Origin: Pelomyxa schiedti
Taxonomy: Eukaryota; Protista; Evosea
Direction: 5' to 3'
Length of the DNA: 64,000 nucleotides
Assembly: GCA_020536535.1 (NCBI GenBank)
Contig: JAHLWZ010000253.1
Span: forward strand, 62,001 to 126,000
Part shown: positions 25,665 through 42,224 of the stretch, piece after piece
Layout: each line of letters opens with the position of its first letter
Position numbering within the stretch: the first letter of the stretch is position 1
Program-made: the position numbers and the translations under genes
Notes under the pieces: generated by a model
What the model was told of the DNA's origin: nothing
The model's database searches: none
Seen by the model: only the letters and a program-made list of their open reading frames with translations

Positions 25665-27798
25665 ATGCTGGTCCGTAGTTTGCTGTGTGCAGTTGCTCTG
25701 TGTGTGGCTATGGCGTCGGCGCACTTTGCGGCGCCGGGGTGGACGATGTCTGGTGTTGCTGTAGATCCGTCCGCTGAACTCAGCCTTGTCATTGCCATGT
25801 CCTATCGAAACATCCCACTTTTGGAGTCACACTTGCGGCAGTCCTCATTTCCAGGATCACCGAACTACGGTTGAGTACAGAGCGTCCCTTACGCGTTCTT
25901 ACCTTCCCACAGGAAAACATATGAGCAGAAGGGCTGTTGTTGAGCTCACTCGCCCTTCAGATGATGCCATGTTGGCTGTTGAACAGTTTTTGAAAGAAAA
26001 CTCCTTGAAGTTTGAAAAAAGCCGAGATTCCAGCTTTTTTGAAGTCGTAGCTAAAGCTGTCGATGTGGAGAAGATCTTCAGCACCACTCTGCGGATGTTT
26101 ATTCACACCTCAGGTTCTTTTCTTTACATTTTTTTTCCCCATCTAAAACCCAGAAGGCCTGACTAGTGTAAAGAGTATTAATGGCTACACAATCCCCGCG
26201 CAGATAAAGCCTTTTGTCGCCTGCGTGGAGGGACTTACAGGACTTCCAAGTACTTACGTACCTGTTACCTCAATAATTAAAATGTTTGTAGGAATCCCAC
26301 AAGAAGTGAACGCAGTTCGTGGTGCCAACAAGGTTACACCAGCGTGGCTTCGTGATCGGTATTCTGTTACTGTTCCTAGTACCTCACCCTCGAATCTTCA
26401 GGTGCCGATTTCCCATCGTTGAGATGAACCTAATTTTTTACAGGCAGTTGTCTCTTTCCTGGAACAATACTTCAGCTACACCGACTTGGAGAAATTTTTC
26501 CAACAGTACGAGCCAGAAATGTCAGGAATGGTTCCTGAACAAGTTGTTGGGTTCAACAATGCCTCTTTCCCGGGGCTCGAGGCAACTCTGGACATACAAG
26601 TAAGATTAATCACTTTGATTCGTAGTTCTAATTCTCTTTTCCTCCATACAGTTCTTAATGGGTAAAAGTTGCACTCGATTTTATTTTCGTTGACCATTGC
26701 CAGGCATAACAGAAAATATACGGACTTGGGTGTACTATACCCCAGGAACTATCGCTAATGGAAACGAGCCCTGGCTTGATTGGTTTGCCACATTGGAGAG
26801 TGAAGAAGAAATCCCTTGGGTTCTGTCTATGAGCTATCAGGTATAGCCTTTGAAATGCTGTCTCAATACTTATTTTCTCAGGATTACGAACCAACAGTTG
26901 ATAAGGACTATGCCCTTCGAGTGAATGATGAATTTATTAAGGTATGAAACTGTTTTTTGTCGTTATTCCTGACGGTAGGCAGTACACTTCCATGGGCTAT
27001 ACCTTTGTCACAGGGAGTGGAGATTGGGGTGTAGGTTGCCAGAGTGACGTATGTGACAGGTTCACACCTGACTTTCCAAGCTCCTCCCCTTATGTTGTTT
27101 CTCTTGGTTAGCATCTTTGTTTCTCTTTTAATTGCTAATTCATTTCAGGGGGAACAACTATTCTAACCGCTGGTGAAATTGGAGTGTCCTTCTCTAGTGG
27201 GGGCTTCTCTGATTACTTTGCAGCTCCATCATATCAGTCTTCTCTTGGTGGGAGTCGAGTGTCCCTACTTTTTTTTTTTCACCTTCTCAACAGTATCCAA
27301 GTACCTTTCAGATCCTTCGGTTCCTCCTACATCATTCTTCAATGTCAGTGGTCGTGCCTTCCCAGATCTTTGCACTATGGCCACAGACTTTGCAGTAGTC
27401 TGGTTCGGGTTTGATTATAGTGTTGGAGGAACAAGTGCCTCAACACCCACAGTAAGTTACAGAATCCTGACACATTTTCATGACTGTTAAACAGTTTGCA
27501 TCCATGCTATCACTCATCAACAGCATGAGACTCACTCAAGGCTTACCCACTTTGGGGTGGGTTAACCCTCTTCTCTACCAAGCATATGATTCCGGCGCTT
27601 TTACTGGTACTTGCTGCTTTATCCTTCTTTTAAACTGAGCCTTCCACCCTAGACATAGTATCTTGCGAACCACAAGAAAGTGGATGCTGCAAAGAAGCTT
27701 TCTCCACCACAACAGGCTGGGATCCTATGACAGGAATGGGCACACCCAAGTTCGACGTTCTCGCTACATTAGCCATGTCAGCAGACTTATTCAACTAA
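25665..27798 (+). CDS. TPP1: Tripeptidyl-peptidase I / sedolisin (peptidase S53) with signal peptide and prodomain
   Basis: Prodomain PGSPNYG|KHMS; catalytic EATLDIQ, SGDWGVGC, GGTSASTP; SGRAFPD; LGWVNPLLY; GWDPMTGMGTP. Confidence 0.92.
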
Positions 27799-27876
27799 GT
27801 TCGTTTTGTCACTTGGCGATTTTTCCTATGCATTAAAAAAGGAGGCAAAAAAAGTTTTATTTTATTGTTTTTTTTT

Positions 27877-30626
27877 CTATTTGGGACATTCACCACAGTC
27901 CAGGGTAAATAGGGAGAGTTCACCCAGCTCAACTAAAACTTCCAGTGCTGTTACACCACAATATACCACAAACAAGAAAATTGCATAGGCGGGCACCAGC
28001 TTGAATCTGCACAGGGGTACAACTACACCGTGCAGTACAACAAATAATACAAGGCAGCCCACAGCAATCAAAATGGTGCTTGTCAAACACACTGAAAAGC
28101 AGTGGTCGAGTCTTTCCGCCATTATAAGCCCGCCAAAGCCAAATGTGAAGGAAAAAGCTGTAAAAATGGTGAGAGGGTTTTTTTGTGGTTTGTTGGTAAT
28201 TGTTTGAGTGTAGGAATGATGGAGTACATATAATGCAGCTTAGGTAAGTACCCTGAATCGCCTAGGGAAAAAGAAATTAGGAACTCGAAAGATTATAACT
28301 GGGGCCTCACTATTCTGGGTAACCCCTCACGTGAAATAATTACGTTAGATATTAGGTCTGGTAGAGAGTTAGACATGGCACGGAGGCTGGTTTTGTACCA
28401 ATAATTGAAGTTCCCCAAGGAATTACTGTGAGGCCGAGAATACTTGAAGTAAGACCAAGGATTTGCCCAAAAGACTAACTCAGCATGTTGGTGTAGATAG
28501 AACAAAGGGTGCTTGTGTACGAGTGCATGATAAATGTGATGGGTGCTAGAGTGAGAATAGCTGGAAGTACCAGAATTACAGCAATGAATTCACAGGCCAC
28601 TAAGTATAGCCATAAACCAGAGCAGAGGAGTGCCGGGAATACAACTACCTGCAGTAAATAAGATTGTTGTCTGGAATTAATATTGTTTAAAATTTTGTTT
28701 ATCATAAAAGTATAGTGTTTGGGTTGTGAGGAAGCCTTTGAATAGACATAAGATGAAGCACCGTATCTGCATGCCAGGCACATAATAGGTGCAAGAATAA
28801 CGCCCACCACTAAGAAGAAGAACCACAAGGGTACATCAAAATCCCCAATTTCAAAACTGACAAGGTATTCTGTATTTGAAGGTGTAGGGTTATTTGTCAT
28901 TTAAAATATTGCATGAGGTGAGACCAACGTTGTGATGCAAGAAGAGCAAGTAGGGGGCCCAAAATGCACGATGTGGCAAGGGAGAAAGTTGCGCCGAAGT
29001 ACTTCATTGATAATGGAGGGATACTGCAGTGACGAATAAAAACTGATGGAGCGAAAAATATGTACACTGCTTTTTGTAAGCGTGTTTTATCATCCCATCG
29101 AATGGCAGAGGAAAATCTGGGAGAATATTACTGTAACAAACTGGCGGGTCTACCAACCTCTGAAAGAATCTGGTAAAGCGGGAAGGTGTATGCAAGTCGC
29201 CATGAAAAACAAGTGTACCTGAATTTTATTTTATTGGTATAAGTAAATCTGATTTTAGATGAGCACCTTGGTAGCCAGGGCTGGTCCTTATTGGGCTTGA
29301 CCTATTCCTTGGGCCCCACCCACGAAAGTTTGCTAAAAATACAACTTCATTTAGGATCGGGGAAAGTTCGTCATCATCTTGGATATCATAGGAAGGGTCA
29401 GGCAAAAGTCGATGACTTGATTCTGGAGAACCCTGTGAGGTGCATAGTGCTTTTGAAGGCAGGTACCAGTGTTGCGCTTTATTTTTAGCTGCCGGACAAA
29501 TCGAACAGCGATTAAAGCAGACATATATCTGGGAGCAGAGGTCACTGTGTAAAAAAACAAAGTGGTTGGTCACATAAGAAACGCCACAAATATCACTATG
29601 CAGCCCCATGTAAAGATTCTCCCCAGGTAAAGCAGGACAGTGAGCACCATCATAGAGAGGGTATAGTATGCGGTATCTCGGAAAAATGGCCGTCTTGAAA
29701 TACTAAGCTTCTCTTTGAAAAAAGCTATACATCCAAGTACCACCATCATCAAAAATAGCCCAGACCCTTGTGATGTTAGGTGAGGGGAGGTGAGGTGAGA
29801 AATGTAACACCTTACCAATAACAACATTTGTTGCCAACTGAGGGGCTCCGTGACTCACTGCTGAAGTAGCCACAAAAACTGTGGGGGCACTATTACCGAT
29901 TGACAGGAAAACAACTCCCTTCACAGAGTTAAGAATAAGCTGGGAGTGACAGAAAGATAAAATGGGTAGAGGGAAAAAAAAAAAAAAAAAAGAAGTACAC
30001 ACCGCAATATATGGAGACAGACCAAAGCAGTCAGATAACTTTGCCATCGTCTCACAATAAAACTGGTCAGTAGTAGACAACAGCATGTATGTCAGAAATA
30101 GCAGCCAGAGGGCCATAAGCACCAAGGAGAGCCACTGCAGGTCCTTTCCCAGTGCGCAGTACGTGAATACCTCATAGTCAATAAGCCCCAGGTGGTAAAA
30201 GCAGTCCGCCTCGCTGTTGCTCCTGGCACACGCGCAAGGGTCATCACACGTCGCTGGTTGTACACAAATCCAAACACTCGAACTGCTATTTCCACTACTA
30301 CTCTTACTCTCCCCATCACTCGCCACAGACATCCCACTATAGCTGTCACTGTCACTGACACTGTAACTGTAACTGTCACTGAGACTGACACTATCACTGA
30401 GACTGGTGCTCCGGCTGCGGCTGTAGGAAACCGACGAAGCGGCGGCCGCGGTCGAAGCGCGCGCGAGAAGGGCCAACGTCAGCAGCGACGCAGCTAGGAC
30501 GCGCGCGCTCGACGGCCCTGCGCCGCGCATCGGCGAGCAGCCCGGATGCAACTGCAAATGGAAACGAAAATGCCGACGCCAACGCTGCACGCCCCTGCTG
30601 TCGTCGTCGTCGCCGCCGTAAGGCAT
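27877..30626 (-). CDS. Cation/Ca2+ exchanger (CaCA superfamily, NCLX/CCX-like)
   Basis: Alpha-1 repeat GVVFLSIGNSAP, PFFRDTAYY; alpha-2 repeat LLGNF..WYKTS|AMSNSLPDLISNVIISREG. Confidence 0.85.
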
Positions 30627-30880
30627 GGTTCTGGCTGGTCAACCCAGTCGATGATGTGCACGCGCGTGCCCTCCTTGCCGGCCTTGTTTGTTTTCTTTTG
30701 TTCCTTGTATCTGGGTGTTTTGTGATGGTTTTTTCGCTTTTTTCGTTTGGTGGCCGATACGGGTGATGAGATTTTGAGGAACGCTTATTGCTTTTGTTGG
30801 GCGGACTGGAAGGGCGGTTGGGAAGCGGGTTTATTCGGAGCGGCCAGGGAGAACGTCCGCAGTTATGGGAGCGAGGTTAT

Positions 30881-33800
30881 CTAGGGTGGCAGCATGGAGA
30901 TTGCAGCTTTGGTGGTCGTGCGGTGTGCCAAGTCAGTGACAAGGAGTCCTTGTAGCACAGAAAGAGTGGGTGGGGGGCAGTGCTGTGATGTCAGTGCGGG
31001 AAGCTTGCCCACATCGAACCGGGAACCTTGCGGTGTAGTTGTGGGTATTGGTTCCAGCATGTGCCACATCATCAGCGCTGCCGCAAAGGTGTCCGCTTCC
31101 CCATATCTAGTAGGAAACGAATTGGAAATGAACCCATCGAGAGGAGGGGAATAGGAACCGCAAAAAGCCTCCTCTATCACTCAGGGACGTGACGGCTTTT
31201 GCTATTTCTGGGGGAATTGTAATGGGGTTACCCCATGGCTTGCTGTCTGGGCCAACAATACACATAAGCTCCCCCTCATTCCCACTGCATAGGGCTGCTA
31301 TACCAAAATCCGTAAGCTTGATCTGCTCTTCACCCTAAAGAACAGAGGTGAGAGTAAATATTCCTTTTGTTGTTTGAAGGAACCTGTTCAGAAGGATTTA
31401 CGAGTATATTACTTAGTCGAATATCTCTGTGAACCACAAAATTGGCTTGAAGGTGAGCAATAGCACAGAGTAGCTGCCTTAACCACCCAGTAACTTTTTG
31501 CCTCTTGAGCTCGGGAGTGAGTTTTTGGGCATAGTCCTCCATGGTCTCCCCGCCAAAAGGATGCACGATATTGAGCATTATATCTTTTTCAGAAAGTTCC
31601 CGAAGAAAAGATTCTGAAGAGAAAACGTTAAAGTCAAAGAACTTGCTGTGGAAAGTAGACTTTCTGCAGGAATGTACTCTCGCCAGGAGGAAGGAAGATG
31701 ATCCTCAAATATCGCCAAAGGATGAAGAATTCCCTGGTGTATTGGTAGTTGACTGAGCACTGTGCACTCGTTACCATAACTTTTGGTTTTGTTTCCCGTT
31801 AAACAAAGCAAAATATGAAAAACGGAGCACACATTGATCTCGTAAGTCTATGTGAGGCATCTGATGTTACACTAGGCATGCACTTTATCACAAACAGAAC
31901 TGTAGGCATGGAATTCATCGCTACAGAGAATGCAATAACACTGGAGGGGCAGTGTAGAATGCCTTGTACGCGAAAATGCTTATAGTGATGAATCCACACA
32001 CTAATAGCAGCCCTGCAATATATCTCTCGGAACTTTTCCGAACACTGGTTCCCTGAAGCAGAATTTTGCTGTGGATTTTTAAGTACATGAAAATCAAAGG
32101 AAAACTTACCTGAAGATTTGTTAGCTTCTTTAATTCGGCTTCATACTGTTCTTTTTGTATTTGCATCTCCTACTTATATTAGTCAGGAAAGAGAATGGGT
32201 TGCCAACTTTATCAAGTTGAGACAATCTTATATTTTGGCTTTCAACATGCTCAAGAGTAGATTGTAACTGTAATGTCAACCCCTACTTTTTGGTGTTTAA
32301 AACCATAATAAACAGGAAGAACTGTAATATGCAAATAGACCTCCAGTTTGAGTTTTAAGTCATCTTTTTCTCTTAGACCTTGAAAAAATCTTTAACAAAA
32401 GGAAAGTGCATAAATATACAACATTCCAGATACATGTTGTGTGCTGCTTCCTTTTTCGTGCGTTCTAATTCTAGCTGTTGTCTCAAAAGCTCTAATGTGC
32501 TCTGTGAGTCGCCTGGCTCTGTGTGTTGATCGGTTTCTTGTTAAGTAAGCAGGTGATAGTTTTGTTTTACTCAGTATAGCTAACCTGAAGCTGACTCATG
32601 TATCATGGGTGCTGAGAGAGAAAGTAGTCCTTTGCCTGCTTGTTGGAACACGATTGATGTAAGTGAAAGTGGAGTTGAAAGTATTGGTAATCTGGGCGAC
32701 ACAGGAGCTGACGCAGGTGGTGATGATGATGTAGGGGTAGAAGGTGGTGTTAATGTAGGTGTGGTAGATGTGTGTGATGAAGTAGATGAGGCTAGTGGGG
32801 AGGGTTGGGGGGAAGTGGATGTTGGTGGTGCTGATGTTGGTGGCACCGATGTTGGGGAGGTTGGCTTTTTTTGAGTTGAAATCTTTGTCCAGAGTGATGA
32901 CCACAGTGATGGAGAGAGTTGGTTAAACAGCTCCTTCAAAGTAACAGGCTCCAAAATGAGCTTTGGGAGGGGGTTGCCGAAAACTGTAAAAATTTGTTAC
33001 TGCCCCAAAAGGTGCGTTAAGTAAGGTACTTGTTAAGCCGGTTTCATCATTATCTTCACTAAATTGTAACTGCGATAGCGACTTCAGTGCTGTTATACTT
33101 ATCGGCAGGGTAGAGATCTGGTTGTTGTGTACTTTTTTTTTTTTTTTTTACCCCAGTGAGATCTCTGGGCTAGAGTGTGATATAGTGATAGGGTTACGTT
33201 TGAGTGTTTTCAGTGCCGTTAAAGTTCCTATCCATTGAGGGACTTCTGATATCTTATTGTTGTGCACTAAAAGTGTGTTTGTGGAAATTGACGTGACAGG
33301 GAGTGTACAAGATAACGCCTGTAGAGACACCAAAGCACTCATTCCATCCTCCAGTTGAAGAATTCTATTACGTGATACTAAAACAGTTTGAAAGCAAACT
33401 TAAATATAAACCACTTACAGTCGAGAGACTGCAAATTGGTCAAGCAAGAAATGCTAGCAGAAATGCACACGATCACATTTTTTCCCACTGTAGAAGGTTA
33501 GTTGGATGACAACGAAAAGTTATTGCACACAATCTAGTTGTTGCAAAGATGTCAAGTGACTAATTTCAGCAGGAATTATGGATATTTTATTGGAGTACAC
33601 TAAGGGTGTCAGATACATAATTGGTTTTTTTTTCCAGGTCCTTACAATGGAGTTGTTGTAGTGCCACTAGACAGCTTATTTCGGGAGGAATGCACACAAT
33701 GTGGTTATAATACACTGAGTACAGAATTTAACATCATCAACAAAAAAAAAAAAAAAGAGAAAAAGCAGTACAATTTAAGCGAGTAAGGTGAGTCAAACAA

Positions 33801-33952
33801 CTAATGGTGCTCGGTATCTCAACGATCTCACTGAATCCCACTGTTTGTATGTTGGATTTTTATTGATGTGAGGAGTCAATTGTACAGTCGAGATCAGTCT
33901 TCTTGGTTGTCACGACGTGGGAGATCTCGTTCTTTAGTTTCTCGTCCCCCAT
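30881..33952 (-). CDS. LRR + P/T/S-rich linker + coiled-coil + protein kinase
   Basis: LRR exons (HNNKISEVPQWIGTLTALKTL, HNNQISTLPIS); kinase motifs FVIK, NECTVL, VVHRDIRLSNILV, KLTDFG, GNPITIPPE; start MGDEKLKNE. Confidence 0.8.
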
Positions 33953-34053
33953 CCACGCCCTGCCCCCTTGTGGTACAAATTGGCTTCACGTTTGAACAAA
34001 AAAATTGACTTGTTTAAACGAAACCGAAATGATGGCAGTTCGGGGAAAACACC

Positions 34054-35949
34054 TCAGATTTGAGGGCGCGAAGCAACATTGGTTGGTGGCCTGGACAACG
34101 TGCTGTCGTAGATCTTCTGCACTTGCGTGGTGAATTTTTGCCTTTTGGAGTGGGGGAGGATGCTTAGGATTGTGGGAGTGTGATTGTCGAGCATTACCTG
34201 ACGTCGTGCATTGGGGTGGATGATCCGGCGACAGGATAGACCCTGTTTGTCATCAAAAGTACAATGAGTTGGCGGTCTTTGTCAGCACATATCATGGTCC
34301 CTGTATATCCGGTATGCATGAATGTGTGCTCGGAAAGGGTGCCGCAACTCTGTGTCCAGCCTTGGTCTGTGGACGATTTGTTGGAGGAGAGGGGGAACAC
34401 ATAAAGATGTACCGAAGACCGTGTAGTCATTCGTATTCCACCCAATAGCGCGACTGCTCTGTGCATGGTTGTACTCCGTTGTCCAGAAGTCGGATGTAGT
34501 TTGATTCAGGAGAGGGTCATCATCAGTTGCAAATAGCCACCTTGGTTCCTGCAAGTTAGAATTTCTCATTTTTGTGGAGATGTACATTTGAGTCAATTTC
34601 AAAACATCTTTAATGTTCGAAAAAAACCCAGCATGACCGGATACACCTCCCATAGCATATGCATTTTTGTCGTGAACCTGCCCCTAAGAAAAAGATGGTT
34701 ACTGAAATCAAAGTTTCCTATATTTGATACTTGAGAGACAGTGTGCCTGTAAACAGTATCATTCTCTGTAGGAGCACATTGAGACCAGATGGCCGTGGAG
34801 GGAAGGTAACTGGTTTTCATCCAGTAAAAAAAATAATAAATAAAAATCGAGAGAGAGGTAGCACACGTCATAGAAGGAAAGGCTGATCCTAAAACGTATT
34901 TCCTTATATATGCCTCGTAATAACATTGCAAGTCACCATCTTGCCCAATGGGACACCCTGACAAAATATCGCTTGTCGAAATATATCCAAGATCCTTTGC
35001 GAGGCGGCCAATACAATACATCATAGTAATCATACTGCAATGGATAAGCTTTATTTAGAAAAGATATATTCTACCTTAAATCAGAATAATCATAAACGGC
35101 CCCAACAGGGTTTACTATGGATTCCTGTAAAACAGAATGGTAAATTTTCGACATGCAGCTGAAGTCCTCTCCTGGATTATAATACGGGGTTTGTGGGCAA
35201 GCAAAGCTCGACTCCCCTAGAGGGATGAGATGTTATAAGGCTAGAGAGATGTCACAATATCCTGGGCTTGGATCTGGAGCGAGCCCTGCATTGTGAAGCA
35301 ACAAGTTGAGCAAAGTAATTGGACCCTTTCCATTTACTTCATAACCAGGAAGGAGGGAAGACACTTGAGTATCTACAAGGTGATGAACACCAAAATGAAA
35401 AAAGACTGTGGAGGAACCAAGAGAAATTCCATCTCGTTGATAAAAATGTGCAATTGCTGTGGTTGCAGCTATTTCGAGATAAGGAGCAAGCGAAAAATTG
35501 ACAAGAGACCTGTGACTTTAGTCAGACTTGCCAGGTCATATACAGTCTACATCCAAAGTTTTGGTCATGCCAATGACATGGTGAGAAAAGGTAGTATTGA
35601 TACCTCGAGTGTGACAGCTGGATTTTCTCCAGGATTCTGTGGTGGGGCTATAACAACACAAGAAGCAATACCATCAGATAGATATGGATTTTTGGATGAA
35701 ACAATGAGAGGCAACATCAGTGCAATGCAATTTTTGAGACACACGAATGCCGTAAGTGAAGTTGCCCAGTGCAACCGAGTATATGGTGCCAGATTTATCA
35801 GCCACCATGGCAGTGCAACCAGGGTAAACAGCGTCGGAAATGCCTTGAACGAGTACCGCGGTCGCCGGATCCCACACACCGTCCCCACACACAATACCAA
35901 CAAGTACCACAGCAACAACAAACGCAGATCTCACTGCGCCCCTCTCCAT
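34054..35949 (-). CDS. Secreted serine beta-lactamase-like (class C/PBP-fold) hydrolase
   Basis: Signal peptide; YPGCTAMV; catalytic YDLASLTKV (SxxK); LLLHNAG; YSDL; MGGVSGHAGFFS; HTGYTGT; TNRVYP. Confidence 0.88.
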
Positions 35950-36107
35950 ACTTCGCGATTTTGTTTAATTTGTGGCACTCGTATCGTGTGACAACAGAGC
36001 AGGCTCACGAATGCTGAAACTTTTTTTCAGGAAATCAGTATTTTTTCCTTGTCGTTTTTTTCTGGAAATTCGACTTTACGAAAACAAAAAAAAAAAAGTA
36101 AGTAGGA

Positions 36108-40997
<4,890 letters not shown>

Positions 40998-41183
40998 GAA
41001 TTGGTACTTGGACACGCCGTACCACTTTTTCACGAAGCTATAATTGAACCCCTTTTTTTGCCCTTTGGCCTTTCCTTGTCTTTTTATAGTACGTAAACAC
41101 CACCAACCAAAAAAGAGGAATAAAAAACACAGTGCACACAAATCAAAAAAAAACCAAGAAACAAACAACAGCAGCAAAGCAAA

Positions 41184-41713
41184 ATGGCATCAGGAGTGGC
41201 TATTGATGACGAAGTTGTTAGCGTCTACAACGAGCTAAAGTTGAAGCAGAACAAGAGATACATCATCCTGTCGTTCAGTGCCGACGCAAGGCGCATAACG
41301 CTCGAGACCGTCGGCGAGAGGCCCGCGACTTGGGAGGAGTTCTGCGCCAAGCTCCCGAAGGACGACTGTCGCTATGCTGTGTTTGACTACGAGTTCTCTC
41401 TTGGCGGTGGAGAGGGCGATCGATCAAAGGTTTTTTTTTTGTGTTTTTCCCATGCACGTGAAAGTAACTCATTTGTTTGCAGTTGCTCTTCGTTTTGTGG
41501 GCACCAGACACGGCACCCGTAAGGAGAAAGACCCTCATCACCAGCAGGTTTGCTTTTTCCCGTTTTTTTCCTGTTTTGGTTTTGTGCTAATCTGGTATCT
41601 GTAGCAAGGCAGCCCTTCGTAAGGCACTTGTTGGTGTTGCGGCTGAGTTGCAGGCCACTGACGCTTCTGAGATTGACAAGGTTGAGGTCGAGAAGACCCT
41701 CAGGAGGTCCTAA
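41184..41713 (+). CDS. COF1: Cofilin/actin-depolymerising factor
   Basis: MASGVAIDDE, LPKDDCRYAVFDYEF, FVLWAPDTAPVR, SSKAALRKALVG, ELQATDASEID; two introns. Confidence 0.95.
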
Positions 41714-41877
41714 GCCAATCCCAACGACTTTCCGACTGTCCTCCAAATTGGATACTGATTAAATCTGTTGTGTTAATTTTTTCCGCCTTTTCAAAGGAAA
41801 GAGAAAAAAAAAAAAAACCCGCAATACCAACCATCAGCACAAGCGATACTCCCACAATATCGTCTGCCGCGTCCTCC

Positions 41878-42177
41878 ATGAAGGGATCTGCCAGCGGCAA
41901 GGCACAGGCAGAGGCGGCAAGGCGGCAGATGGACGTAGAGGGGTACGGGGCCAAAGGCGACGATGACGACGCGGGCTACGGCAGAGGCTACGAAGACGAG
42001 GACGCCCTCCGTCTCGTGCACTCGCAGTTCTCCACCCTGCCGCAGGGGGACGACGACAGCGTGTACGACTTCAACGGGGGCAAGGACCCCAACCTGAGCC
42101 CGGCGGCCGCCCTGCGCATCTACGCGGAGGACAACGCGCCCCCCCGCAGGCCGAGGCAGTACCGCAGGCACAAGCGG

Positions 42178-42224
<47 letters not shown>

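Noticed and set aside
31921-32050. Apparent transmembrane helix (IAGLLLVCGFITISIF) suggesting a receptor kinase
   Set aside because: That frame hits a stop; the acceptor ending ATCCACAG puts the exon in the frame that continues into the kinase N-lobe
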